64,000 bases of DNA from an uncultured Acidobacteriota bacterium (lineage in GTDB: Bacteria > Acidobacteriota > Thermoanaerobaculia > Multivoradales > UBA5704). The stretch covers positions 3,136,001-3,200,000 of the forward strand of contig CAVYRF010000002.1 in assembly GCA_963770895.1 (NCBI GenBank), written 5' to 3'. Below the pieces are notes generated by a model. That model was given only the letters and a program-made list of their open reading frames with translations, did no database searches and was not told the origin of the DNA. Of this stretch, positions 37,883-47,187 are shown piece by piece. Each line of letters opens with the position of its first letter. Positions within the stretch are counted from its first letter, which is position 1. A program made the translations under genes and the position numbers.

Positions 37883-38326
37883 ATGCGGAACAGGGCTGCG
37901 GCCGCGCTTGCACTTGGATTGACGGGGCTGGCCGCCGCGGGGTGCGGCGGCAAGCTCCGGTCGCCGACCGACGTGGGACCGGTGGCGCCGGGCGCGACCG
38001 CCCTGACGTTCACCCAGATCCAGAGCCAGATCTTCACCCCCAACTGCGCCAAGGCAGGTTGCCACAGCGCATCGTCGGCAAGCGAAGGCCTGGTGTTGGC
38101 TCCAGGCCTCGCCTATGCCTCGATCGTCGGCGTCCGCTCTGTCGAGCAGCCGCAGCTCGATCGGGTCAAGCCGGGCGAGCCCGACGCCAGCTATCTGCTG
38201 GAGAAGGTGCGGGGTGACTCCACTATCACCGGTGCCCGCATGCCGCTCGACGGGCCGCCCTACCTGACGCCGCAGCAAATCGGCGGGCTGACCGCCTGGA
38301 TTCAGGCGGGCGCCCCCAACAACTGA
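37883..38326 (+). CDS. lipoprotein with Cx4CH motif (cytochrome c-like)
   Basis: Lipobox AAGC; IFTPNCAKAGCH, RVKPGEPDASYL..KV, RMP, WIQAGA. Confidence 0.7.
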   Translation: MRNRAAAALALGLTGLAAAGCGGKLRSPTDVGPVAPGATALTFTQIQSQIFTPNCAKAGCHSASSASEGLVLAPGLAYASIVGVRSVEQPQLDRVKPGEPDASYLLEKVRGDSTITGARMPLDGPPYLTPQQIGGLTAWIQAGAPNN

Positions 38327-38346
38327 GCCGCTGGCTTGCCAGCGAG

Positions 38347-39438
38347 ATGGGAGCTCTGGCCGTGCCGCGTCCGTTTCCGACCCGTCTGCAAACCTCGCAG
38401 CCCGCTGCGCCGTGCTCTGCGGCACGGCGGCACCGCGCCGGCGCCGTCCTGCTGGCCGGCGCCTGCGCCGTGATCTTCCTTGCCGGACCAGCCCAATCCC
38501 AGGCGCCGCCGCCGCCGTCCCCGGCCGAGCCGCCCGGCGCGTCGTCGCCAACGGCCCAATCCGGCGGGCCGGCGACCGCGCCTCCCAGTGAGGCGGCGCC
38601 GGCAGGATCGGCGGACTCAGCGGCAGGTGCCCCGCCGGCGAGTGCGGCGCCGGCGGCGCCCTCGCCGGCGAAGGGGGACGACTACCTGGTGCAGGCGCCG
38701 GCGCCGCTGGAGCGCGATCCGGTGGGCACGCGGCTGATCGATATTGCGACGCCGTACACGGTGGGTGAGCACTGGCTGGAACTGCTGGTAACCCATCGCT
38801 TCATCCAGCCGGTCAACCAGGGAGGCAGCGCGCACAACCTGTGGGGGCTCGACAGCGGCGCCGAGGTGGGCATCGGCTTCACCTACGGGCTGTTCCGCCA
38901 GGTCGACCTGTCGGTCTATCGCGGGGAATTCCAGGAAGACTACGAGCTGGCGGCCAAGTACCAGCTGCTGCAACAGGGGGCGCACATGCCGCTCTCGCTG
39001 GCGGTGCGGGCAGGTGCCGACATGCTCGGGCGTCCGGGCGTCGTGGACCCGCATCGGCCTTTCGCCCAGCTGCTGCTCGGGCGGCGCCTGGCGCCCGGCT
39101 GGAACGTCTTCGTGTCGCCGTCTTTCGTGCATGCCACGCCGCTGCTGCGCGACGCCTACAACGTGCCGGTGGGAGTGACGGCGCCGCTGCCCGGCCACTG
39201 GCTGATCGAAGCCGAGGGGATCCCGGCCAACCAGGCGTTGCACGCTACCCCCGGCGCCAGCCAGTTCGCGTGGCACGTCGCCTTCACCAAGCCGCTGGGC
39301 TGGCATCTCTTCCAGATTCTGATCGGCAACTCGCGCGCCACCAACGTAGATCAGATCCTGGGCGGCGACTTCGCCGGCGGCTTTGCCGAGCGCGACCTGC
39401 GGCTGGGCTTCAACCTGGTGCGCTACTTCGACCTGTGA
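38347..39438 (+). CDS. outer-membrane beta-barrel protein (DUF5777-like)
   Basis: GTRLID..T, THRF, WGLDSGA, GWHLFQI..GNS, C-terminal LRLGFNLVRYF. Confidence 0.7.
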   Translation: MGALAVPRPFPTRLQTSQPAAPCSAARRHRAGAVLLAGACAVIFLAGPAQSQAPPPPSPAEPPGASSPTAQSGGPATAPPSEAAPAGSADSAAGAPPASAAPAAPSPAKGDDYLVQAPAPLERDPVGTRLIDIATPYTVGEHWLELLVTHRFIQPVNQGGSAHNLWGLDSGAEVGIGFTYGLFRQVDLSVYRGEFQEDYELAAKYQLLQQGAHMPLSLAVRAGADMLGRPGVVDPHRPFAQLLLGRRLAPGWNVFVSPSFVHATPLLRDAYNVPVGVTAPLPGHWLIEAEGIPANQALHATPGASQFAWHVAFTKPLGWHLFQILIGNSRATNVDQILGGDFAGGFAERDLRLGFNLVRYFDL

Positions 39439-39457
39439 GCTGGGCGGCGGCGACGGT

Positions 39458-40087
39458 TCAGTAGCCGCGGCGCCGGCGCCGCCGCGCCAGGGAGCGCCGG
39501 GCGGCGAGGCCGCCGGCCAGCAGCGTGACGCCAACGACGCCGGCCGCCATCGCCAGCCCTTGCCGGCGGCGGCGTGCGGCATCCAGCTCGTGCGGCGGCA
39601 CCGGTGCCAGATCGACCGCGCCGCCGTCTCCGGCAGCGCCGCCGTCTCCGGCAGTGGGGGCGCCGTCGCCGCCAGCGCGTCGCACCAGTGCCGGTGGCGG
39701 CCCGAACAGGAAGTGGTTGGCGCGGGACAGCTGCGGCCGGTGGTTGGCGATCCAGCGGTAGCCCCATTCGCTGACCGGGCGGGCGCCGGGGAGGCGCTCG
39801 TACAGTTGCAGGAGCTTGCCGTAGTGCGACGGCTGCGGCGCCATGGCCAGCGAGCGGAACACCGCTTCGGCGCCCTGGTAGACCGTGCCGTCGGGCAGGA
39901 TCAGGTGGAGCGCGTGGCGGAAGCGGCTGCGCGGGATGGTGGGGAAGCGCGCCGCGGCCGTCTGAAAAGGCTCGTAGGCGATGCGGTCTCCCAGCCGACG
40001 GCGCCAGCGCGCCACCCAGGTGCGGCAAAAGCCGCAATCGGCGTCAAAGACGAGCAGCGGTTCCGGCGGCGGGTTGGGGATCTTCAT
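39458..40087 (-). CDS. DCC1-like thiol-disulfide oxidoreductase (DUF393)
   Basis: LVFDADCGFC, YQGAEA, GYRWIANHR; ATGA overlap with the upstream dehydrogenase. Confidence 0.85.
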   Translation of the reverse strand: MKIPNPPPEPLLVFDADCGFCRTWVARWRRRLGDRIAYEPFQTAAARFPTIPRSRFRHALHLILPDGTVYQGAEAVFRSLAMAPQPSHYGKLLQLYERLPGARPVSEWGYRWIANHRPQLSRANHFLFGPPPALVRRAGGDGAPTAGDGGAAGDGGAVDLAPVPPHELDAARRRRQGLAMAAGVVGVTLLAGGLAARRSLARRRRRRGY

Positions 40088-41274
40088 GCTACGACCTCGG
40101 GTTGCGGCTCCGTCGCGGCGAGCGGCTCTGCGGCGGAAAACGCTGGAACGTCGGGCGATGCTTCGGCCCCTGGGGGCTCGATCACCACCTTGAATGCTTC
40201 CTTTCGCATCATACTCCACAGGGCCGCCTCCACCTGGTCGACCGGCCGCCGCGCCGACAGCAGCACGCCGGGGGCGGCCAGGCCCGCGGCCAGCAGCTGG
40301 AGCGCCGCTGCAAAGGTCGCCGGCCGGTGGTGGTAGGCGCTCTTGATGGCGATCTCCGAGTAGTGCAGGCGGTGGGTGTCGAGCGGCACCGAGGTGCCCG
40401 GCGGGCAGCCGCCGAACAGCAACGCCGTGCCGCCCGGACGCGCCGAAGCGAGCGCGTCCCACCAGGCCGCGGGCGAGCCGGTTGCCTCGACCGCCAGGTC
40501 GAATCCGTCGCCAGCCAGCGACCGCAGGCGCACCCGGTCGGCCTCGCCCCCCTCGCGCCCGACGTGCACCCCCGCGGCGGCGCCAAGGGACAGGGCCGTC
40601 GCCAGGCGGCCCGAATTGGGATCGGCCGCCACCACCCGGTGGCCGGCGCGCGCCAGCGCCTCGACGAACAGCAGGCCGATCGGCCCGGCGCCATAGACCG
40701 CCACGTCCGACCGCCGATCGAGCGCGGCCGCGTCCAGGCCGTGCAGCACGCACGCCAGCGGCTCGGCGAGCGCCGCCACCGCCAGCGGCAGCCCGGCCGG
40801 GCAGCGATGGACGCTCGCGCGCCCGAACGCCGCCGGCACCAGCAAGTACTCCGCAAAGGCGCCGTTGAGGTAGACCAGCGACGAGCACAGGTTTTCGCGC
40901 CCGCGGGCGCACCACTCGCACTGGCCGCAGGCGGCCGAGTTGGCGACCACCACCCGGTCGCCGACGGCGAACGCCGGCGCGTGGGCGGCCGCCCCACCTG
41001 AGCGCCCGCCGGCGGCGGCGCCGCCACCGCCGGGCAGCGGCAGCCCGACCGCCGCCACCGTTCCCGCCATCTCGTGACCGAAAGGCCCCGGCACGCGCAG
41101 CATGCGCGGATGGCCCCCCCGGCGGTAGACCTTGATGTCGGTGCCGCAGGTGGTCGCCGCCCCGATGCGCACCAGCAGCTCGCCGGGCCCCGGTTGGGGC
41201 ACCGGCACCTGGCGCACCTCAAGCCGCTCGGGACCCACCAGGTAGACCGCGAGCTGTGTGCGGGCGGCGGTCAG
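40084..41274 (-). CDS. zinc-binding (MDR) alcohol/sugar dehydrogenase
   Basis: CGTD, GHE, CGQCEWC...C, EPLAC, GAGPIG; probable CTG start overlapping the upstream stop. Confidence 0.88.
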   Translation of the reverse strand: MTAARTQLAVYLVGPERLEVRQVPVPQPGPGELLVRIGAATTCGTDIKVYRRGGHPRMLRVPGPFGHEMAGTVAAVGLPLPGGGGAAAGGRSGGAAAHAPAFAVGDRVVVANSAACGQCEWCARGRENLCSSLVYLNGAFAEYLLVPAAFGRASVHRCPAGLPLAVAALAEPLACVLHGLDAAALDRRSDVAVYGAGPIGLLFVEALARAGHRVVAADPNSGRLATALSLGAAAGVHVGREGGEADRVRLRSLAGDGFDLAVEATGSPAAWWDALASARPGGTALLFGGCPPGTSVPLDTHRLHYSEIAIKSAYHHRPATFAAALQLLAAGLAAPGVLLSARRPVDQVEAALWSMMRKEAFKVVIEPPGAEASPDVPAFSAAEPLAATEPQPEVVA

Positions 41275-42614
41275 GAGCGCCTCCCCGCCGGTGCGGCTAC
41301 CTGCCGCGGCGTGTCCGCGAGGCCGCGCGCAGCCCCGCCGGCGCGGGTCGCGCGCCGCGCACCCGGTCCGATCGGATCGGCGTCGGGCACCAGCAGGACC
41401 TTCAGCGCCCGGCGCGTGGCGGCCAGCTCGACGGCTTCGGCCGCCGCCTCCAGCGGCAGCCGGTGGGTGACCAGCGGGAGCGGGTCCAGCCGGCCGCTGG
41501 CCAGCAGCTGGCAGGCGGCCAGCTGCTCGGCGCGGCCGCTCGAATAGGTGGCGATCAGCCGCCGCTCGCTCTTGAAAAAGGCGTTGAAGGGGAAGGCCGC
41601 CCATACGTCCGTCCGCTGACGGTGGCCCGCGCCTGAGTCGTCCGTGGTGTCCGCTGCATGGGCGAACAGCAGCACCGTGCCGCCGGTCCGGCCGACCGCC
41701 AAGGCTTCGGCGAGCGGCACGGCGCCGCCCACCGTGTCGATCACCACGTCGGCGCCGCGCCCTTGCGACAGCTCCATCACCCGCCGGTGTAGCGGTTGAC
41801 CGGGCGCCGCCGCGGCGTCGGCGCCAAGCCGCCGCGCCAGGGCGCGCCGGGCGGCGAGCGGCTCGGACAGTACGACGTGCGTCCCGGCGCCGTGCAGCGC
41901 GCGCAGCACCAACAGGTGCAGCAGACCCATGCTGCCGGCTCCCAGGATGGCGACGACCGGCGCCGGCGCCCCCTCTGCTTGGCCGCCGTGCTCGCCGCGC
42001 GCCGCCAGGCCGGCGCGCGCCAGGCCGCGCAGCACGCAGGCCGCCGGCTCCAGAAAGACTGCGGCGTCATCGCTCAGCTGGTCGGGCAGCAGAAACATGC
42101 CGCCGGCCGCGGCGCGCCGCCGCACCAGCACCAGGTCGCTCCAGCCGCCGGGCGCCAGCAGGTTCTGCTGGAAGGCCGGGCACATCGTTTCGCTGCCCTG
42201 CAGGCAGTACGCGCAAACGCCGCAGGCGACGTGATGGACCGCCACCACGCGGTCGCCGGGCCGCCAGATCCCTTCGCCGTCGACCGGCGTGCCGGGACGA
42301 GCGCCTCCGGTGCGGTCCACCGCGGCGCCAGCACCTGCATCACCGCTGCCCACCGCCTCGACGATGCCCACCACCTCGTGGCCGAGCACGGTACCCGCCG
42401 CCGCGGTGCGCTGGCGCAGCTTCCACAGGTCGGTGCCGCAGATGCCGCCGCGGCGCAGCCGCAGCAGGACCTCGCCGGGGCCGGGGTGCGGCGGCGGCAC
42501 GGTTTCGATCCGCACGCCGCCCTGCCCGTCGCACACCACGGCCCGCGGGCGGCGTGGTCCGGCGGTCCGCTCGACGGCGGCAGGTGCCGGCGCGGTCTGG
42601 TCCTGGCGGCTCAT
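41271..42614 (-). CDS. zinc-binding (MDR) alcohol/sugar dehydrogenase
   Basis: ICGTD, LGHE, CGVCAYC...C, EPAAC, GAGSMG. Confidence 0.88.
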   Translation of the reverse strand: MSRQDQTAPAPAAVERTAGPRRPRAVVCDGQGGVRIETVPPPHPGPGEVLLRLRRGGICGTDLWKLRQRTAAAGTVLGHEVVGIVEAVGSGDAGAGAAVDRTGGARPGTPVDGEGIWRPGDRVVAVHHVACGVCAYCLQGSETMCPAFQQNLLAPGGWSDLVLVRRRAAAGGMFLLPDQLSDDAAVFLEPAACVLRGLARAGLAARGEHGGQAEGAPAPVVAILGAGSMGLLHLLVLRALHGAGTHVVLSEPLAARRALARRLGADAAAAPGQPLHRRVMELSQGRGADVVIDTVGGAVPLAEALAVGRTGGTVLLFAHAADTTDDSGAGHRQRTDVWAAFPFNAFFKSERRLIATYSSGRAEQLAACQLLASGRLDPLPLVTHRLPLEAAAEAVELAATRRALKVLLVPDADPIGPGARRATRAGGAARGLADTPRQVAAPAGRRS

Positions 42615-42790
42615 GAGAGCGAGTGTACCGTCTCCCGCTGCCGCCGCACCGGCGCTCCCGATCGGCTAGGCTGGCTAAGTGGTTGGTTGGAGAGGTTCCT
42701 TGATTGTTGCGTACACGGGGCAGGGGTTTTCACGCGTAGCGGCAAGGCGTATTCTTGAAAGACACAGGGGCGGGCGGAGGCTGTCAGCGG

Positions 42791-43507
42791 ATGAATCGAC
42801 GGCAGAGCGAGCGGTACACCCGGCGGGTCGAAGTCCAGTTCTGGCAACCGGGGCAGAAGGTGCTGCGCGGCTACAGCACCAACTTTTCAGCCACCGGGAT
42901 GCATATCTCGACGCCCAATCCGCTGCCGCCGCGGTCGCGGCTGCGGATCGAAGTGATCTGTGGCGAGCGCGGTTTCCTGATCGAAGGTGTGGTGGCGCAC
43001 CGCCGCGCCGTCCACCCCGAGCTGGTGAAGGTGTCCGCTCCCGGCATGGGGGTGCGATTCATGAGCGCCGCCGAGCTGATCGGGGAAATGCTGCCCGGCG
43101 AAGCGAGCCGGTCGGCGGCGGCCGCCGCCGCGGCCCCGTCGGACCGCGCGGCGCTGCAGGCGGGACGCGACCCCTTGCCGGGCGAGCTTGAGACCCGCAC
43201 CTTCAGCGTACGCTTTGCCAGCGCCAGCGACTTTCTCAGCGTCTACGATCGCGACATCGTGAACGGCGGCCTCTTTGTCGCCACCAGCCGCCCCGGCCGG
43301 ATGCGCGAAGTGGTCTGGGTGGAAATCCATCCGCCCGCCCCCGGCCTGGCCACGGTCGTGCTGCCGGCGCGCGTCGTCCAGCGCTTCGAACCCAAGCCGA
43401 CCAGCGGCGCCGTGCTGGTCGGCATGGGAGTGGAACTGCTCGACCGGCCCGAAGCGCTCAAACGCCTCCAGCCCATCGTCGGCCAGATCCGCAACCTGCC
43501 GTCCTGA
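42791..43507 (+). CDS. tandem PilZ-domain protein
   Basis: RRQSER (RxxxR), NFSATG (D/NxSxxG), GMGVRF; second domain DIVNGGLFV..GMGVEL. Confidence 0.85.
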   Translation: MNRRQSERYTRRVEVQFWQPGQKVLRGYSTNFSATGMHISTPNPLPPRSRLRIEVICGERGFLIEGVVAHRRAVHPELVKVSAPGMGVRFMSAAELIGEMLPGEASRSAAAAAAAPSDRAALQAGRDPLPGELETRTFSVRFASASDFLSVYDRDIVNGGLFVATSRPGRMREVVWVEIHPPAPGLATVVLPARVVQRFEPKPTSGAVLVGMGVELLDRPEALKRLQPIVGQIRNLPS

Positions 43508-43619
43508 AAACCATCTGCCGGCGCGCCGGGCGCGTCCGCCGCCGTGCGGCACCGGCGTGCCGTCGGCGCCCTGTATCCGGCGACGACCTGGCCGCCTGCG
43601 CCTTGCGCCGGCCCGGCCG

Positions 43620-44681
43620 TCAGTGCCCCGCGCCGGGCGCACCGCCGGCTGCCGGCGTCGCTGGCGCATCTGCTCCGCCTGGCCCGCCCAAGCCGCCTGC
43701 CGCTCCCGATCCCGCCGAGGGCGGCCCGCCGGGCGCGCGATGGCCTGTCGGGCCGCCGGTCGCGGTCGGGTCGAAGCCGAAGGCACCGATCTGCTGGGCC
43801 ACGCGGTCGGCCGCGCCGGCGCCGTTGTCCATGAAGATGATCTTTCCTTGAGAGTGATCGCTCACATACTTCAGTGCGTCGGTATATTCCAGGAAAAGCA
43901 GGAAATTGGAGTCCACGCCCGCCTGCGCCAGGTTGGCGGCGGCCTCCTTCATGCCCTCGGCGATGTTGCGCCGGAACAGGGCGAGCCCTTCGCCGCGCAG
44001 CGCCGCCGCCTTCTTTTCGGCCTCGGCGCCGATCGTCTTGTAGGCCGCCTCGGCTTCGGCGTCCTTGGTGCGCTTCACCAGCAGGGCGGCGCCCTCGTTG
44101 GCGGCGGCGGCCAGCAGGTTTTTGGACGAGACGACGCGCGCCATCGAATCCATGATCTCCTTGTCGAAGGTCATGTCGGTGATCTGGATGTCACGCACCA
44201 CGTAGCCCCACGACGACACCACTTCGTCCAGGGTGCGCTTGGTGTGATCGACGATCTCGGCGCGCATCGCCAGGATGTCGGCCTGCAGGGTGGTGGCGAC
44301 GAACTGGCGGATCGAGCCGTCGATCGTGCGCTGCAGCGCCAGCTGAAACTCCTGATACGAGGCGAAGCTGAACACCGCCCGCTGGATCGTGTCTTCGCCG
44401 GCGTTGGCCACCGCATAGACCACCATGGTGGAGAACTTGACGTTCGCCTGATCGCGGGTGATCGCCTGAAACTCCATCTGCAAGGCGCGGTTTTGCAGCG
44501 ACAGCTTCTGGTAGATCGCCTCCCACGGCAGCTTGAAATTGAGCCCTTCGCGCATCAGGCGCCGGTACTTGCCAAACATGGTGACCACGGCGACGTTGGC
44601 CTGGCCGATGCTGCGCACCTGCGCCAGCACGAAGAAGAAGCCGCACACCAGGATCAGGAACAGGATGAAGGTGGGTACCAC
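43620..44681 (-). CDS. SPFH/band 7 domain membrane protein
   Basis: N-terminal TM, FGKY.R...GLNFKLP, AITRDQANV, coiled-coil AEAE/GEG.A region; GTG start after GAGGAG. Confidence 0.9.
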   Translation of the reverse strand: MVPTFILFLILVCGFFFVLAQVRSIGQANVAVVTMFGKYRRLMREGLNFKLPWEAIYQKLSLQNRALQMEFQAITRDQANVKFSTMVVYAVANAGEDTIQRAVFSFASYQEFQLALQRTIDGSIRQFVATTLQADILAMRAEIVDHTKRTLDEVVSSWGYVVRDIQITDMTFDKEIMDSMARVVSSKNLLAAAANEGAALLVKRTKDAEAEAAYKTIGAEAEKKAAALRGEGLALFRRNIAEGMKEAAANLAQAGVDSNFLLFLEYTDALKYVSDHSQGKIIFMDNGAGAADRVAQQIGAFGFDPTATGGPTGHRAPGGPPSAGSGAAGGLGGPGGADAPATPAAGGAPGAGH

Positions 44682-44878
44682 GGGACACACTCCTCTCAGG
44701 TTCGCCGCTGCCTGGCGCCTTGCTGCGGCGCGCACGATCGGCCGGGTTGGAGCGCAAACCTGGACACTGCGGCGGCGGTATTTCAGCTTATCAGCTTGGC
44801 TAGTGTCCCGCCCGGTTCATTCGCTTGGTATTCGCTTGCCCTCCGGCGGCGGGGGGGTGAGGTGGTGGAGCGGCGCGA

Positions 44879-45637
44879 TCAGCGCAGGGTGAGGACGGCG
44901 ACGGTCTGGCTTTTGTAGTCCTGGCCCATGCCGGAGGCGCTGTCGCTGACTTCGTGGCGGGCGGCGAACAGGCGCGCGCCGCGCCGGCCGAAGACCCAGG
45001 TCTGCCGGCGCTCGCTTTCGAAAAAGAGCACCAGGAACCTGCCGCGCGTGTGCTCGACCTTTTCGGCGCCGAGCGGCTGTCCGTCGGCGCCCAGCCAGAT
45101 GGTGAGCTGGCTGGCCGCCGTCTTGATGTGCTTGCGCGCCTCTTCCGACAGCCGCGGTGGCAGCGTCAGGCTGACTTCGCGGGCGGGCTTGCCCAGGTAG
45201 GTCACCGGCTTGACGTCGACCAGGTGGGACAGCGCGACGTCCTGGCTCAGCTGCGCCGCGCAGTCCAGGTCGCCCGCCGCCTCGTTGAGGGTGAAGACCT
45301 GCAGCGCGTTATAGGTCGGGGTCCGCTTGCTGGGGTCCAGGGTCTGGGTGCGCAGCTCCTGCAGGGCCAGGTGCGAGGCGGCGCGGGGCAGCCCGACCTT
45401 GATGCCCTGCGGGCCGGCTTCGACGTCCACGCTGACCAGCGACTGGTCGGTCCAGGCCTCCTCCGTGCTGTGCCGGGACAGGTGGAATTCCAGCGTGCCC
45501 TGCACGTCGTCGCTGGCGGGAAAGCGGCCCAGGGCGGCGGTGAGCTCCGCCATCACGTCGGGGCCGGCGCCGCGCGCTGGCAGCGCCGCGCCGGCAGCCC
45601 ATAGCAGCAGGAACAGGCCGAGGCGGAGCGGTTTCAT
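44879..45637 (-). CDS. hypothetical secreted protein
   Basis: Signal peptide MKPLRLGLFLLLWAAGAALPARG; coding-like composition. Confidence 0.7.
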   Translation of the reverse strand: MKPLRLGLFLLLWAAGAALPARGAGPDVMAELTAALGRFPASDDVQGTLEFHLSRHSTEEAWTDQSLVSVDVEAGPQGIKVGLPRAASHLALQELRTQTLDPSKRTPTYNALQVFTLNEAAGDLDCAAQLSQDVALSHLVDVKPVTYLGKPAREVSLTLPPRLSEEARKHIKTAASQLTIWLGADGQPLGAEKVEHTRGRFLVLFFESERRQTWVFGRRGARLFAARHEVSDSASGMGQDYKSQTVAVLTLR

Positions 45638-45920
45638 GAGGCGGAAGGTTGGTCCTGATGTCGCACGCAAGGGGCCGGTGCTCGCCGGAGCGCCCGGCAG
45701 CCGCCGATTGGCCGCTCACTATACCTCGCCGCCGCGGCGCCGGGATGCTGCCGCATCACCGCCTGGTGCCTCCGGGCACCGTCACCAGCCGCGGGAATGC
45801 GCAGCGCTGCCACTTCGTTGCTACGCACAGCCCGAGCCTCAGGTTGCGGGCGCCGGCCGCGGCGGTTTGGACGCTGCTGCGGTAGACTCCCCTCAGGTCC
45901 ACCACAGGAGGCAAATAGCC

Positions 45921-46373
45921 ATGCCCTACAGTCCGTTGCTGGTCAAACCCATGCGCGATGAGCTCACCGAGATCGGCGTCCAGGAGCTGCTGACTCCCGG
46001 CGACGTCGATACCTTCATGCAGGAAAAGACCGGCACCGCCATGCTGGTCATCAACTCGGTGTGCGGGTGTGCCGCCGGCATGGCGCGTCCGGGCATCCGG
46101 GCCGCCCTTGCCGACGCGTCCAGCCGGCCCGACCGGGTAGCCAGCGTCTTCGCCGGCCAGGATCTGGAAGCCACCGCCAGGGCGCGCGGCTACCTCGCCC
46201 AGATTCCGCCCAGCAGCCCCTCGATCGCCTTTTTCAAGGACGGCGAGCTGGTGTCGTTCATCCCCCGCCACCGTATCGAAGGGCGCGACGCGCGCGCCGT
46301 GGCCGGCGACCTGACGGCGATCTTCCAGGAGCACTGCGCGGCGACGACCGCGGCGGGCGGCGCCGTCCGCTGA
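45921..46373 (+). CDS. BrxA/BrxB family bacilliredoxin (DUF1094)
   Basis: PMRDELT, INSVCGCAAG.ARP (CGC), VFAGQD, PPSSPS, RH.IEG; AGGAGG RBS. Confidence 0.93.
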   Translation: MPYSPLLVKPMRDELTEIGVQELLTPGDVDTFMQEKTGTAMLVINSVCGCAAGMARPGIRAALADASSRPDRVASVFAGQDLEATARARGYLAQIPPSSPSIAFFKDGELVSFIPRHRIEGRDARAVAGDLTAIFQEHCAATTAAGGAVR

Positions 46374-46401
46374 GCGGGCGCGGCCGGCCGGGACAGCCGT
46401 C

Positions 46402-46674
46402 ATGGGTACCTTTCACCACAACAAGAGCGCTCTGCACGGCATCACGGTAGTCGTCGACACCACCGGGCCGGAAGTGTTCGTCGGCCGCTGCGACGACGAG
46501 GATGAGAGCGGCATCGTGCTGCACGACGTGGACGTGCATCTTGACGGCGACGGCGGGCGCTCCAAGGCGGAATACGTCGAGCGTGCCGCCGTGTACGGCG
46601 TCTTCAAGAAGCACCGGCGGCTGCTGATCCCGCGCGACAAGGTGGCGTCGGTGCGGCGCCTGGGCGAGCTCTGA
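46402..46674 (+). CDS. conserved hypothetical protein (small beta-barrel-like)
   Basis: 90-aa ORF co-oriented in the operon, with strong high-GC3 coding pattern. Confidence 0.75.
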   Translation: MGTFHHNKSALHGITVVVDTTGPEVFVGRCDDEDESGIVLHDVDVHLDGDGGRSKAEYVERAAVYGVFKKHRRLLIPRDKVASVRRLGEL

Positions 46675-46699
46675 CGGCTTCGGACCGGCGGTCTGGTCG

Positions 46700-47071
46700 A
46701 TGATCGTCCTGGGCGCCCTGTGCTGTGCGCTGGCGGTCATCCTGGGCGCGTTCGGCGCCCACGCCCTGGCCGGGCGGCTGGACGCCCATGCGCTGCAGCT
46801 GTGGGAGACGGCCGCTCGCTACCTGATGTACGGCGGGATCGGCCAGGTGCTGGTCGGGCTTGCGGCGCTCGCTTCGGCGCGGCGCGGTGGGCGCCTGCTG
46901 AGCGCGGCGGGCGCCAGCCTGTTGGCGGGCACCCTGCTGTTCAGCGGCACGTTGGCGGCGCTGGCGCTGGGCTCGCCGCGCTGGCTGGGGGCGGTGACAC
47001 CGCTCGGCGGCCTGCTGCTGATCGCCGGCTTCCTGCTGTTCGCCTGGGCGGGGCGTAGCCTCGATCGCTGA
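46700..47071 (+). CDS. DUF423 family membrane protein
   Basis: AVILGAFGAH.L, WETAARY, LFSGTL, LGAVTPLGG. Confidence 0.9.
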   Translation: MIVLGALCCALAVILGAFGAHALAGRLDAHALQLWETAARYLMYGGIGQVLVGLAALASARRGGRLLSAAGASLLAGTLLFSGTLAALALGSPRWLGAVTPLGGLLLIAGFLLFAWAGRSLDR

Positions 47072-47187
47072 CCGGGGCGGCGGGGTAAGAAGGTAAGATG
47101 GGCGCCGGCACCCGCAACGAAGTTCCGTCATCCGCGGAGCGCGCGAACCCGTCGCCTCCGCATTGAACGCAGGGGAGGGCACCGCCC

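Noticed and set aside
39618-39654. Exact 18-bp tandem duplication in the DUF393 gene
   Set aside because: In-frame duplication in a low-complexity linker (AGDGGA); trivial.
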